From positions 29,080,001 through 29,144,000 of the forward strand of contig CM052818.1 of the NCBI GenBank assembly GCA_028534125.1: 64,000 nucleotides of DNA, read 5' to 3'. This DNA is from Lama glama (Eukaryota). The notes beneath the pieces were generated by a model that saw nothing but the letters and a program-made list of their open reading frames with translations, made no database searches and had not been told where the DNA came from. How positions within the stretch are numbered: the first letter of the stretch is position 1; the number at the start of each line of letters is the position of its first letter. Positions 1 through 13,071 of this stretch are shown here, piece by piece. Position numbers and translations under genes: made by a program.

Positions 1-145
1 TTTTGGTATCTATATGAAGTGATGAATGTTAACTAATCTTATTGTGGTAATCACTTCACAATATACTTACGTCAAATCAATATACTGTATACCTTAAACA
101 TACACATTGCTGTGTCAATTTTATCTCAATGAAACTGAAAAAAAA
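1..145 (+). mobile_element. Old L1 (L1M-type) 3' terminal fragment
   Basis: Typical L1 3'UTR end (...tgttaactaatcttattgtggtaatcacttcacaatata...ttatctcaatgaaactg) followed by an A-tract. Confidence 0.75.
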
Positions 146-1314
146 GCAAAGCATAATGTCATAGTAAACATTTCAGATATAATGTGGAGTAAACAGAATA
201 TAATTTTGTTAAATTGATCCAGGGAATAAGGGTTAAGGAGAAGAATAGTTACGTGTTCTTCCCCACACATGGTCGGGTTGAAAGTAATTTTACTTTCTTT
301 ATTATAACTTATTCCAGTTACAAAAACTTCTGCAATAAATATGCATTATTTTATAAATATGAGGGAAGTTATTTTTTAAGACAAATCAAGATTTTCCACA
401 ATCAAACCCTTGAATTCAGTAAATATGCCAATATACAGGCATCCTTCCTAAATTACAGCTCCATTCACGTCACCCAAGGGAGAAATGTCCAACTACAAAA
501 ATGCCTAAACAAAAGATGTGCCTCAGAGATCTACAGAAACACAACATCCAAATTAATTAAGGCAACATATATGGACTTGAATCTTAAATTCAGCAATCTG
601 GAAGAAGAGCAGGTACATAAAAAAATGAGACATTTGACCAAACTGAACACACAATTTTGATCAGTGTTAAAGGCCCATATATAGGCCTTTCGAAAAAAAT
701 AGGAATGGTAAATAAGGACATAATTTGTAAACCAGGGCCCTCAATGTTCTTTCTTGTCACTGGACTCCATATGAAAAGAATACAGAATCGTTTCAACACC
801 CTGCATCACATAGGTAACACTGCCAGCACATTGTCACTTCCTGCAGCACTCCGAGCATAAAGGAACACACTGAAGGTGTGATCTGGATTCATGGACCCTA
901 ATGAGCAAGAGCCTCAGTGATACAAAGCCAACAACCAAAAGTTTGAAAACTGTCTTCATCCTTTTACATCTGCGGAAATAACATATTTTACTCTGGATTT
1001 CAAACCTCTGGTTATAGCTCCAAACAAATAAATCAATAGTATTGCACAAGTACTAACTGCTCACCAATGTGACAGATGCAGCTGGTGGTTTATCGCAAAT
1101 GTAAGGTGGAGAGAAGTATCATTACTGTGTCTACCACGTGCTGGGGAGAAGGCTGGAGTCTGGAATCTAGACCAGGATAGCCCCTCCTGGAACCCCAAAA
1201 AGGAAATTTCCTGAATCCTTAGTTTTCTGTGTGATAGAATGGCTTTCAGGGCCTCAGAAGCAATATGCAATTTTCTCTGAGATCTTTTCTTACTTCTTTT
1301 AAAACCATGCTCTG

Positions 1315-4300
1315 AAACTTACAACCAAGAGTATTCTATCCAGCAAGGCTCTCATTCAGTATGATGGAGAAATCAAAAGCTTCAGATACAAACAAAAGCT
1401 AAAAGATTTCAGCACCACCAAACCAGCTTTAGAACAAATGTTAAATGAACTTCTCTAGTCATCAAACCACAAGAGAAGAAAAAGAAAGGGAAAACAAGAC
1501 CTACGAAAACAAACCCAAAATAATTAACAAAATGGCAATAAGAACGTATGTATCAATAATGACCTTAAATGTAAATGGGTTAAATGCTCCAACCAAAAGA
1601 CACAGATTGGCTGAATGGATACAAAAACAAGACCCATATATATGCTATCTACAAGAGACCCACTTCAGAGCTAGAGACACATACAGGATGAAAGTAAGGG
1701 GATGAAAAAAGATGTTCTATGCCAACGGAAATCAAAAGAAAGCTGGAGTAGCCATACTTGTATCAGACAAAAATAAAATTTTAATAAATACTGTTACAAA
1801 AGACAAAGAAGGACACTACACAATGCTCAAGGGATCAATCCAAAAAGAGGACATAACAATTATAAATATATATGCACCCAACATAGAAGCACCTCAAAAT
1901 ATAAGGCAATTGTTAACAGACATAAAAGGAGAAATCAACAATAACACAATAATAGTGGGGGACTCTTAACACCCCACTTACATCAATGGACAGACCATTC
2001 AGATAGAAAATCAGTAAGGAAATACAGGCCCTAAATAACACATTAGACCAGATGGACTTAACTGATATCTATAGAGCATTCCATCTGAAAGCAATAGAAT
2101 ACACGTTCTTCTCAAGTACACATGGAACATTCTCCAGAATTGACCACATGCTGGCTCACAAAGCAAGCCTCAGTAAATTTAAGAAAATTGAAATCATACC
2201 AAACATATTTTCTGACCAGAACAATATAAGGTTAGAAATCAACTACAAGAAAAAAACTGCAAAAACTGCAAATATGTGGAAGCTAAACAACATGCTAGTA
2301 AACAACCAACAGATCACTGAAGAAATCAGAGGAAATTAAAAAACACTTTTAGACTAATGAAAATGAAAACACAATGATCCAAAACCTCTGGGATGCAGTA
2401 AAAGCAGTTCTAAGAGGGAACTTTATAGCAATATAAACCTACCTCACGAAAAAAGAAAAATCTCAAGTAAACAACCTAAACTTATACCAAAAGTAGTGAG
2501 AGAAAGAACAAACAAAACCCAAAGTTAGTAGAAGAAAAGAAACCATAAAGATTAGAGCAGAAATAAATGAAATAGAGAATTAAAAAAACAACAGAAAAGA
2601 TCAATGAAACGAAAAGCTGGTTCTTTGGAAAGATAAACAAAATTGATAAAGCTTTAGTCAGACTCATCAAGAAAAACATGGAGAGGGCCCAAATTAATAA
2701 AACCAAAAATTGAAAAGAAGAAGTTAAAACTGACACCACAGAAATACAAGTGATCATAAGAGGCTACTATGAGCAACATAACCCCAATGTTCATAGCAGC
2801 ACTATTTACAGAAACAGCCTAAATGTCCATCAACAGATGACTGGATAAAGAAGATGTGGTATGTTTATACAATGCAATACTATTCAGCCATAAAAACCAA
2901 CAACATAACACCATTTGCAGCAACATGGATGTTCCTGGAGAATGTCATTCTAAGTGAAGTAAGACAGAAAGAGAAAAAAAAATACCATATAACATCCCTA
3001 ATAAGTGGAACCTAAAAAAAAAAAAAAGAAAGAAAGAAAAAGGAACATATGAACAACTATACAGGAACAAAAAGGACAATGTAGAAGAAATGGACAATTT
3101 CTTAGAAAAGTACAATTTGCCAAGACTGAACCAGGAAGAAATAGACACTATGAATAGACCAATTACCAGTACTGAAATTGAAACAGTAATTTTAAAACTC
3201 CCAACAAACTAAAGTTCAGGACCAGGCAGCTTCACGGGTGAGTCCTACCAAACATTTAGAGAAGAGTTAACACCTATCTGTCTGAAACTATTCTAAAAAA
3301 TTGCAGAGGAAGGAACACTTCCAAACTCATTCTATGAGCTCATCATCACCCTGATACCAAAACAGACAAAGACATCACAAAAAAAGAAAATTACAGGCCA
3401 ATATCACTTATGAATATAGATACAGAAATCCTCAACAAAATACTAGCAGGTTGACTACAACAATGCATTAAAAGGATCATACACTATGATCAAGTGGGAT
3501 TTATCTCAGGGATGAAAGGATTTTTAAATATCTGTAAATCAATCAATGTGATACATAACATTAACAAACTGAAGAATAAAAACCATATGATCATCTCAAT
3601 AGATGCAGAAAAAGCTTTTGATAAAATTCAACATCATTTATGATAAAAAAAAAACTCTCCAGGGATTAAGCATAGACAGAACATACCTCAACATAATTAA
3701 GCTCATATATGACAAACCCACAGCTAACATCATACTTAAGGGGGAAGAGCTGAAAGCATTTCCTCTAAGGTCAGGAACAAGACAAGGATGCCTACTCTCA
3801 CCAGTTTTATTCAACATAGTTTTGTAAGTTCTGACCAAAGCAATCACAGAAGAAAAAGAAAGAAAAGAATCCAAATGGGAAACAAAGAAGTAAAACTGTG
3901 TTTGCAGAGGACATAAAACTATACATAGAAAACTCTAAAGAAGAGACCAAAAACTACTATAACTCATCCGTGAATTTGGTAAAGTTGCAGGATACAAAAT
4001 TAATATACAGAAATCAGTTGCATTTCTATACATTAACAACAAAATAGCAGAAAGGGAAATTAAGGAAACAATACCACTTACTATTGCACCAAAAAGAATA
4101 AAATACCTAGGACTAAATCTACCCAAGGAGCCAAAAAAAAGGTACTCAGAAAACTATAAGACACTGATGAAGGAAACTGAAGATGACATAAACAAATGGA
4201 AAGATATACCATGTTTTTGGATTGGAAGAATCAATACTGTTAAAATGGCCATACTATCCAAGGCAATATAGAGATTCAATGAAATCACTATCAAATTACA

Positions 4301-5308
4301 AATGACATTTTTCACAGAGGTGAAACAAAAATGTTAAAATTTGTAAGGAACACAAAAGACCCTGAATAGACAAAACAATCTTGAAAAACAAGGATGGAGC
4401 TGGGGAATCATGCTGAGACTTCAGACTATATTACAAAGCTACAATGATCAAAATAGTATGGTACAGGCAAAAAAAAAAAAAAGACACACAGATCAATGGA
4501 ACAGGATAGAAAGTCCAGAAATAAACCCACACACTTATGGTTAACTAATCTATGACAAAGGAGGCAAGAAGATACAATGGAGAAAAGATAGTCTCTTCAA
4601 TAAGTGGTGCTGGGAAAACTAGACAGCTACCTGTAAAAGACCAAAATTAGAACATTCTCTAACACCATACAAACATAAACTCAAAATGGATTAAAGACTC
4701 AAATCTAAGACCAGATACTATAAGATTCCAAGAGGAAAACAAAGGCAGAACACTCTTGGACATAAATCACAGTAATTTATTTTTTAAACCAGCTCCTGGA
4801 GTAATGGAAATAAAAGCAAAAATAAATAAATGGGATCTAATTAAATTTAAAAGCTTTTGCACAGCTAAGGATACCATCAAAACGAAAAGACAACCTACAG
4901 AATGGGAGAAAATATTTGCAAATGATGCAACTGACAAGAGACTAACTCCAAAATATACAAATATCTTATACAACTTAATATCCAAAAAAAACAAGCAAGT
5001 CATTCCAAAAATGGGCAGAAAACCTAAACAAGCAATTCTCGAATGAAGACATACAAATGGCCAACAAGCACATGAAAAAATGCTCAGCATGACTAATTGT
5101 CAGAGAAATGCAGATCAAAACTACAACAAGGAATCACCTCACACCAGCCAGAATGGCCATCATTAAAAAGTCTGTAAATGATAGTTGCTGGAGAGGGTGT
5201 GGAGAAAAGGGAACTCCCTACACTGTTGGTGGGAATGCAGACTGGTGCAGCCACTATGGAGGTTCCTTAAAAACCTAAATAGATTTACCACATGATCCAG
5301 CAATACCA
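1315..5308 (+). mobile_element. 5'-truncated, disrupted LINE-1: end of ORF1 plus ORF2 (endonuclease, RT, C-terminal domain)
   Basis: ORF2 ATG at 1532 (MAIRTYVSIMTLNVNGLNAPTKRHRLAEWI...LQETH). EN motifs NIYAPN and SRIDH; RT motif [18 protein letters not shown]. Many stops and frameshifts; runs into the N gap. Confidence 0.97.
2781..3047 (+). mobile_element. Short L1 ORF2-end fragment nested inside the larger L1
   Basis: Sequence from the L1 3' region (cccaatgttcatagcagcactatttaca...gtggaacct + A-rich tract) interrupts ORF2; flanked by tatgagcaac (2768) and tatgaacaac (3048). Confidence 0.85.
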
Positions 5309-5808
5309 NNNNNNNNNNNNNNNNNNNNNNNNNNNNNNNNNNNNNNNNNNNNNNNNNNNNNNNNNNNNNNNNNNNNNNNNNNNNNNNNNNNNNNNNNNNN
5401 NNNNNNNNNNNNNNNNNNNNNNNNNNNNNNNNNNNNNNNNNNNNNNNNNNNNNNNNNNNNNNNNNNNNNNNNNNNNNNNNNNNNNNNNNNNNNNNNNNNN
5501 NNNNNNNNNNNNNNNNNNNNNNNNNNNNNNNNNNNNNNNNNNNNNNNNNNNNNNNNNNNNNNNNNNNNNNNNNNNNNNNNNNNNNNNNNNNNNNNNNNNN
5601 NNNNNNNNNNNNNNNNNNNNNNNNNNNNNNNNNNNNNNNNNNNNNNNNNNNNNNNNNNNNNNNNNNNNNNNNNNNNNNNNNNNNNNNNNNNNNNNNNNNN
5701 NNNNNNNNNNNNNNNNNNNNNNNNNNNNNNNNNNNNNNNNNNNNNNNNNNNNNNNNNNNNNNNNNNNNNNNNNNNNNNNNNNNNNNNNNNNNNNNNNNNN
5801 NNNNNNNN
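5309..5808. other. Assembly gap (500 N)
   Basis: Run of exactly 500 N. Confidence 1.
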
Positions 5809-6059
5809 AACAAAGCATAAATACAGGACAGAAATAGACTCATGGACAGAGAATGCAGACTTGTGGTTACGGGGGTGGGTAGAGGGTGGGAAGGGATAGA
5901 CTGGGATTTCAAAATTGTAGAATAGATAAACAAGATTACACTGTATAGCACAGGGAAATATACACAAAATGTTATGATAAATCAGAGATAAAATGTGAAA
6001 AAAAAATGTGATGAGATAACTGAATAAAATATATCCTTGAGACCATAAAAAAAAAAAAA
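5809..6059 (+). mobile_element. 3'UTR of a young lineage-specific L1 with poly(A)
   Basis: Near-identical to about 54762-54962 in this window; ends in A13 at 6047-6059. Confidence 0.9.
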
Positions 6060-6265
6060 CAGATGACTGGATAAAGAAGTTGTGATATACATATACAATG
6101 GAATACTACTCAGCCATAAAAAACATAAAATAATGCCATTTGCAGCAACATGGATGGACCTGGAGATTGTCATTCTAAGTGAAGCAGGCCAGAAAGAGAA
6201 AGAAAAATGCCATGTATCAGTTATATGTGGAATCTATAAAAAAAAAAAGACACAAATGAACTACT
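6058..6265 (+). mobile_element. L1 ORF2 terminal fragment (probable continuation of the 1315-5308 element)
   Basis: Encodes the ORF2 C-terminal motif IMPFAATWMDLEIVILSE. Confidence 0.85.
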
Positions 6266-8410
6266 TATTATTTATAACTTAGATGACTGATTTCTTGAAT
6301 ATGTGTAAGCATATATGACTTTCCCTTATGATTGGATTACCATATTCTGATTCTTATTTTGTGGTTGGCTTTATTCCTTTGATAACTGTGTAAGTTTAAA
6401 AAGCTAAAGCTCTAATCTGTTCTTAGAAACAATGATTAGCACAGACATGTAAACTAAAAAAAATGTGCAGTATATTATTTATGTGTATTTACATGCAATA
6501 TATTATATATGTGCAGTCAAGCTGTAGCAATTCTATCTAATAAAACTGAAAACTGGAAAAACACACACATACCAAAAGCTCCTTAGAGGATTCTTCAGCC
6601 ATGATTAAGAATCACTGATTTAATCCAGCCTCTCATAACCTGTAAAATGGCTTGTCTGAGGCCATCTAACCTGGTCAGGACCACAAAATACCTCTCTAGT
6701 CTCCCTTGAATCTGCACTGAACCAGGACTATGGCTTCTTTTCAAAAATATTCAAGAAATTCTCTTAGAAAAAGTGCTAGCTAAAAGACCTAAGGAAAATA
6801 AAAATCAAACATAATTACAAATATATACACTAGTTAATATACTGTATCACAATAGGTATCTTTTAAACATACTTCTGAATCTGTGATTAATTGCAATTGC
6901 TCATTAAAGGTGTTCTATTTTTTTGCTTTCATTATAGAGAGCACAAAATTTTTCAGAGAAGCCAAATGAAAAGATGCAGACTAACGGGCAGTGCCTTTGA
7001 CCACATCCTCTGTATGATGCACTGAAAACCATCAGTTAATGAGCTGATCCTAATTGTGCTCATTTCCCAGCAACCACAACGGGCTTGTATCCTGGGAGAC
7101 AGAATGTGTTTCTGGTCACTCATTCTAATCCCAGAAATCAAGGAAAATAACAAGACTCTCACAGAGGGCAGACCAAGCAGGTAGTACTGTAACCAGAGAA
7201 GCATGGGCTTTTGACAGTAAATGCCAGGGAGGAAAAAAGAGAAATGAAAGAGACTGATCATTCTCTGCCTACAAACACAATGTTTATAAGTCCCAAAATC
7301 TGAGACTGTAAGTGTATGTTTCAGGCTACTAAAATAAATTATTTTAATCCACAAGGTAAAGAAGATAAACTGTCAATAGCTGGATCCTACATTAGCATAA
7401 TATCTTTGGTCACTTATGGATAGGTCAATTTTATGGAAATAATGTTTCAAACAAATCAAAATGCTAAAGACAGCAGGGTTAAAAATAATTTTTAATTTTA
7501 GTTTTGAGAACACAAATTTTTAAGCCCTTTAGCTCAACCATCTATGCAAAGTGCTCATTAAAAATACTATCTAGATTTTTTTTAATTTGCTCATTTCTTG
7601 CATAATATTAGAATCCAACACATTCAGCAAACATGGATTGTAGTGCTTACTATGTGACTGACTGAGAACATGCTATAGCAAGGTGACTAGCTGGGAAATT
7701 AATTTTTGTTTTTGCTTCCTGTGTGTAGATTCATCTGACAGAAAGCATCTGTATTCCTCAAGTTGGGTCCTCACTGTCAGAAAAGGAAGACAGGTCCATT
7801 TGTGGTGGGTATGTGGCCGGCCACTGTGGGCCATCTTTTGCTTCCTCAGGTCCTACTGCTGAAAGAAGAGGCAGGATGAACCTTTTCTGTATTATGGAGA
7901 GTGAAAGGAATAAGGCATTGCTCTTCTGGATAACACAGGATTGGGAATAAGAACAAGGCTTACAAGATTCTGTAGTAACTTAGGGGCAGGGTCTTCAATG
8001 TGTCAGGCCCATAAAGGGCACAGGACACAACATCAGGAGCCCAGCCTATCATGTGGAGTCTCCAGAGAACTGGACAAGGATATGGATCTGGAGATGGGAA
8101 ATCACAATGTTAGGTCCACAAATGGAACCAGTCCCCGAACCACGGGATCATGTGACCAAAAGAATAAACAATCACAGAGCAACCCTGGCCTGGGACCATG
8201 GACTTGCCTCACCCAAGAATCAAGAGGCTGCATGACCTCTTTTCAGGGTAACCGAAGTCCACAGCATAATACAACACAAGGTCAGAGACCTGTGAAATGA
8301 TTAACACTGGACTTCTCAGCAATTTGGACATGCAGGAGCTAATACCAGCTCCAATAAAATTCCTCTCAAAAATGACAGAATTATTTATTGAATATGAAGA
8401 AAATTGACAT

Positions 8411-8449
8411 TATATATATATAATATGTGTATATATATATATATATATA
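8411..8449. repeat. (TA)n microsatellite, interrupted
   Basis: Directly visible. Confidence 0.9.
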
Positions 8450-8699
8450 AAGAAACTTGATTAACAATTTGTTACTAAATTCACTTGTATGTAGTACAAT
8501 TATATTTTCTTCAGCCATAATCTAATTCAGATTGTTCTGTGACAACGCAAAGAAAAAAATGGGCATCAAAGTGGATATCATATAATACTCCTCTCCACAT
8601 AAATCCCTACCTCTAATCAAACTAGAGAAAGATTTCCTGAGATCTTATTAGAGACATCTAAAAGGTACATAATTTAAATGTGAACACTCTCTCACACAT

Positions 8700-8900
8700 A
8701 ATCTCATTTATTCTTTAGACAAATGCATGTGTTAAATCCCCACTGTATGTCAGACAAATTTGTATTAAACTCTCCTTAGATGTCAGGCTGTGCCAGATGC
8801 TGAGGATACACTGGAGAGATAAGAGAAATGGGCTTCTGTCCTCACAGAGTTTAGTTCAGTGAAAAATCAAGAAAACTTATCAAAAGTAAAAATTCTGTAG
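8700..8900 (-). mobile_element. L2 3' fragment
   Basis: tgtgccagatgctgaggataca...ctgtcctcacagagtttagttc resembles the reverse-strand L2 tail. Confidence 0.55.
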
Positions 8901-9211
8901 ATGACATATGGGAGAAGGGCATTTTCTGTAGTAGCAAATAGAAGAACATAACAAACTAGGCAGGGATGGAGATTAGGAGGAAGTAGAAAAATGACAGGAA
9001 AAAGATGACTTAGCCAGGTGACCACTGCATATATTACAACTTCTATCTTTTTAACCACCAAAATGAAAACACAGTGTGTTTCAACATAATAAAATCCTTC
9101 AAGACTACTGGATCATTTCATCTGATACAATACAATATTAATATCATACCTATTAAAGGGGAGGGGAGGGAAGGGGAGGTGAGAGAAGAGTGAAAACCAC
9201 CTCCCCTGTCC

Positions 9212-9250
<39 letters not shown>
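9212..9250. repeat. (TA)n(CA)n compound microsatellite
   Basis: Directly visible. Confidence 0.95.
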
Positions 9251-9251
<1 letters not shown>

Positions 9252-9259
9252 CCAGCCAC

Positions 9260-10872
9260 CATCCTACTTTTCTGCTGCCTTTCACAGCAAAACTATTGGA
9301 AAAGAGCTATGTACTTGCCATTCCAATTCCTCACTCACCATCCCTCCTCTATCCACTCCAGCCAGGCTTTCCTCCCTACCACCCCACAGAAATGAGTCTT
9401 ACCAAGATCGCTAATTACCTCCTTTTTTTCCAAAGCCCACTGACAATACTCAGTCTTCATCTTATTCATCTTCTCAGCCTCATTTGGTATTGTCTGCACT
9501 CTTCTTGAAATTTGTTCTGCACCAGATTCCTATACTCCTACCTTCCCTGATTTTCCTTCTGCAGTACCAAATACCCCTTTTCAGACTCATGTTGGCTCTG
9601 TCTCTTCTATAAAACTCTGAATGTTGCTATATCCTCAGGGTACAATCCTCAGGACTCTCCTCCTCTCAATGTAGCCTTCCTCCCTAAGAGATCTCATGCA
9701 TCTTTATGGTTGCAAATACCATCCACACACTGATGACTCTCAAATTTCTCTCAGGTTCAGTTCTCTCCCCAGAAGTTCCAGTTTCGTCAAGCATCCTGCC
9801 AACTTGACAACTCTTCTATAATGTATGTGGCCAAACAGAACTCTTGATTACCATTATCTTGTAAATCTATCCCCATTTCAACCATCAAGCTTTTCTCATA
9901 CCAATGACATCATCATTCAGGCAGTTGCCCAAGTTAAAAAAATAAATCTATGTGTCATCTTGACTCCTTCTCCTTCCCTCATGTTTCACATCCAATCTAT
10001 CACAAACTTCTAACTTCAGTTAACCATACCTCCAAGATACTTATTTTTTTTACTTAATAATTACCTAGATAGCATTTTAAGCATTTTACAAATACTAATT
10101 TATCCAATTTTCATGACAGTCCTAGAAGGTAGGTACTATTTTTAACCTCTACTCTACAGATGGATAAACTGAGCACCAAAAGAGTTTATGTAGCTTACCC
10201 AAGATCATGCAGCTAGAAAATATTCTGAATCTTTCCTCTTCTCAGTGCCTGCACTATTACAATCCTATTAAACAAGATACTATTATCACTTGCCAGGACC
10301 CCTGAAGGAGAACTTAAACTGGTTTCCCTGTTCTAACCCTTGCTGTAGTCCCCAGGCCACCCCCTCCGTAATACCTCCTCATAGCAGTCAGAGTGAGCTT
10401 TCTAAAGCATAAATCAGACCACATCACTTACAGCTAAAAATTTCCCCTTTGGTTTCTCCCATCACAGAATAAATTTCCCTGAAGCCCTACATAGCTTATT
10501 TTCTTTCTCTCTACATTTTTCCTTAGTCCTTACTCTCTATCGTCTTTTTTTCTTTCCCTCAAACTTGCCAAGCATTCTGATCTCTGGAATTCTTTTAGTT
10601 GTTAATACTTCAGACACTTCCTGATCTTAACATGGCTGCCTCCTCTTTCTTAGCAATCTCAACTCAAATGTCATTTCCCCAGAAGGGTCTTCTCCAACCC
10701 AGCCAAAGAAGCATCTCTTGCCCTCTAGTCACTCTCTAGCATGTGATCCTGTTATAGCTTCTTGACAGCACATAAGTCCCTTAAATTGTTTCATTTACCT
10801 ATGTATTCATCACTTTATCTCAAGGACCTAAGACTTATCCTTCCATACATATTTGTTGAATGAATAAATGAA
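9260..10872 (+). mobile_element. Long L2 LINE relic interrupted by a MIR
   Basis: C/T-rich L2-like motifs (ctgatgactctcaaattt, aaatcagaccacatcact, ctcaaatgtcatttcc) and the L2 terminus atatttgttgaatgaataaatgaa. Confidence 0.75.
10050..10220 (-). mobile_element. MIR SINE
   Basis: MIR core tacagatggataaactgag...cttacccaagatcatgcagctag. Confidence 0.75.
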
Positions 10873-12061
10873 CTAAGTCTGACTGATAATCCTAAGACCC
10901 ACTCCAATGCCCACAACCAAAGAGGATGACAGCAGATTCCAATTTCACAATATAACTTACTTCCCAGAACAATTCCAATATTGACCCTCATATATAAGCA
11001 GGGACATAGACTCTGGGTATCAGTTAGGGGAATGGTGGCTTTTGCAGAGAAAGCAGATGTGCTATAATTTAAGAAGCTAACAAGGTAATTGAGAAGCAAA
11101 CAACAACTGAGACACTAGTCAACAATATATAGCAGTATATAATTAAGTGCTTTTTTTTCAGTCTAGGCAGAAGTTCAAAGGAAAGATCAGTGAGGAAGAG
11201 AGAACAAGAGAAAAAGCAGCCCTTTGGCTCCCAAGTTCAAACAGCAAGTTCAAATCAAAGAAGGCTTCCAGGTTGGATGAATGAGATATCCGTGGGCCTA
11301 AAAGGAAGGGCAGAACCTACACGTTCAGGTGAATAGAGTATACCAGGCTGATACAAAGGAAGGAAGGAATTTAGAATCATTGCGAGGCCAGTAGAACCAG
11401 CCTACTGCCTGGAGGACAGGAATGGTGGGAGCTCCAAAGGAACAATGTGTTTTAGGCCTGAAGCAGTAGGAAAAAGGGAGGAGATAATCATAATTAAAGC
11501 CACATTGAAAAGAAGATAAGAGTGACAGCAAAAAACGGCTACAAAGCAATACACAAGCATATGCAAGGTAATATTCAGTCTTTACATAAAAGACTGGAGA
11601 GACAAATGATAGAGTGATTAGAGTAGGATAGAGCTGGTCATAGAATCTCAAAACAAGGGACTTTTGAACTAAGCCTTAAAAGAATAAATGAGAGTAGGGT
11701 GAAGCATTTCAAGCGGGGGGAGAAAAAAAAAAGGGATAAGCATTCCTTACTTCCTGGGAAGTAACAGTCAGTTTAGGTCAGGATAGGAGGAGATATGCCA
11801 CTAAGTTCTCCTGCAGTAGTGAGGCCCTATTGGAACATAAAGAGAAAGAAAGCTGCAAGTTAAGAGAAAGCTGATGGCATCTCAAAGTGTATCCACGAAG
11901 ATGAGCGCAAGGCAGAGAGGTCCTATGAGGGGACGGGTGGCTGCCCATGAGTAGAAAGTGGCAGACCAAAAAAAAAAATCACTCTGCTGGCATGACACAG
12001 GTTCTAGTTGGATAAGGTGACCCAAGCCCCAAGCCTAACACTTGGCATAGGAGCTTAAAAA

Positions 12062-12097
12062 TTACTGTAAATCAACTACACTTCAATTAAAAAAAAG
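12062..12097 (+). mobile_element. Very short L1 3' tail
   Basis: ctgtaaatcaactacacttcaatt + A-tract matches the L1 termini at about 15530, 31372 and 47700. Confidence 0.6.
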
Positions 12098-13071
12098 TTA
12101 AACTCTTAGGGAGCTACATAGTATTGGATTATGTGATGTCAAGAACAGGGCAGCCCTGAGAAAACAGAATTATCAATCAGATTCAACTCCATTTTAAAAA
12201 TAAAATCTGGACAGCTGAGACTCCAAAAAATATATAGAGAGAGAAAGTCAAGCAGAGAATTAAAAACTGTTTCTCTGTCTTAAAGCCAGGGGAACCAGAC
12301 AGTATAGTGTAGGAAACAGTAATTGGGAAGGAAGATAACTTTAGGGCCTAGAATCTACATCAGTGTGTTAGCCTGGTCCAGTGACAAGGAAGCTAGAAAA
12401 GGACTAGTGATGAAGACTAGACATGAGAAATTTGAGTGTGTGTAGTAAGCACACATTTGGATACCGGTTATGGCTGGCAAAGATTTCACACTATCTCATC
12501 TGACTGCAAAAAAACCCTCTCAAATTCTTGTAAGGTAAGCGTACAATAAGCCCCCCTACATACTCCTGATCTCCTTTACCTTGCTCTACCTTTTATTTTT
12601 CCAAAGCATTTGTCACCTTCTAACACACTATATGACTTCATTTATTCAACTTACTATTTTTTGCCTATCTGCCAAAAAATGTAAGTTCCACAAGGGCAGG
12701 ATCTCTGTTTTGTTCAAAAATAGTTTCCTTCCAGGAAACCATAATTTACAATATCGACCTGTAAGTTATGGTTTAGAGGAAAGGAGAAGGGGCTATTTCA
12801 GTTCAGAATAGAAAGTCTAATTCTGCCATGCAGAGAAGAAAAGAGAAACTGGGACAAAGGATGTAACATTTGGGCTCAGTTTTGAATTATGAGTACAATG
12901 AAGAATGAAAAAAGAAAATATCATTTTTGTAAAATGTTACTTGACAAATCTGATTCCAAATTATTTGGCCTTTTCACTCTGTACAATTGCTTCTAGAGTT
13001 TCATTAGATACAATTTATATTCACTTCAAAGGTGAAAATGAACTTCAGGGTAGTTTATCACAAATGGATTT

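Noticed and set aside
214..660. 148-aa ORF
   Set aside because: Non-ATG start, AT-rich composition, no recognisable domain or splice context
1532..5308. Active L1 or domesticated reverse transcriptase
   Set aside because: Numerous stops, frameshifts and a nested insertion; promoter and most of ORF1 absent
5163..5967. Long ORFs (177-262 aa) in the ORF track
   Set aside because: Artefacts of translating through the 500-N gap
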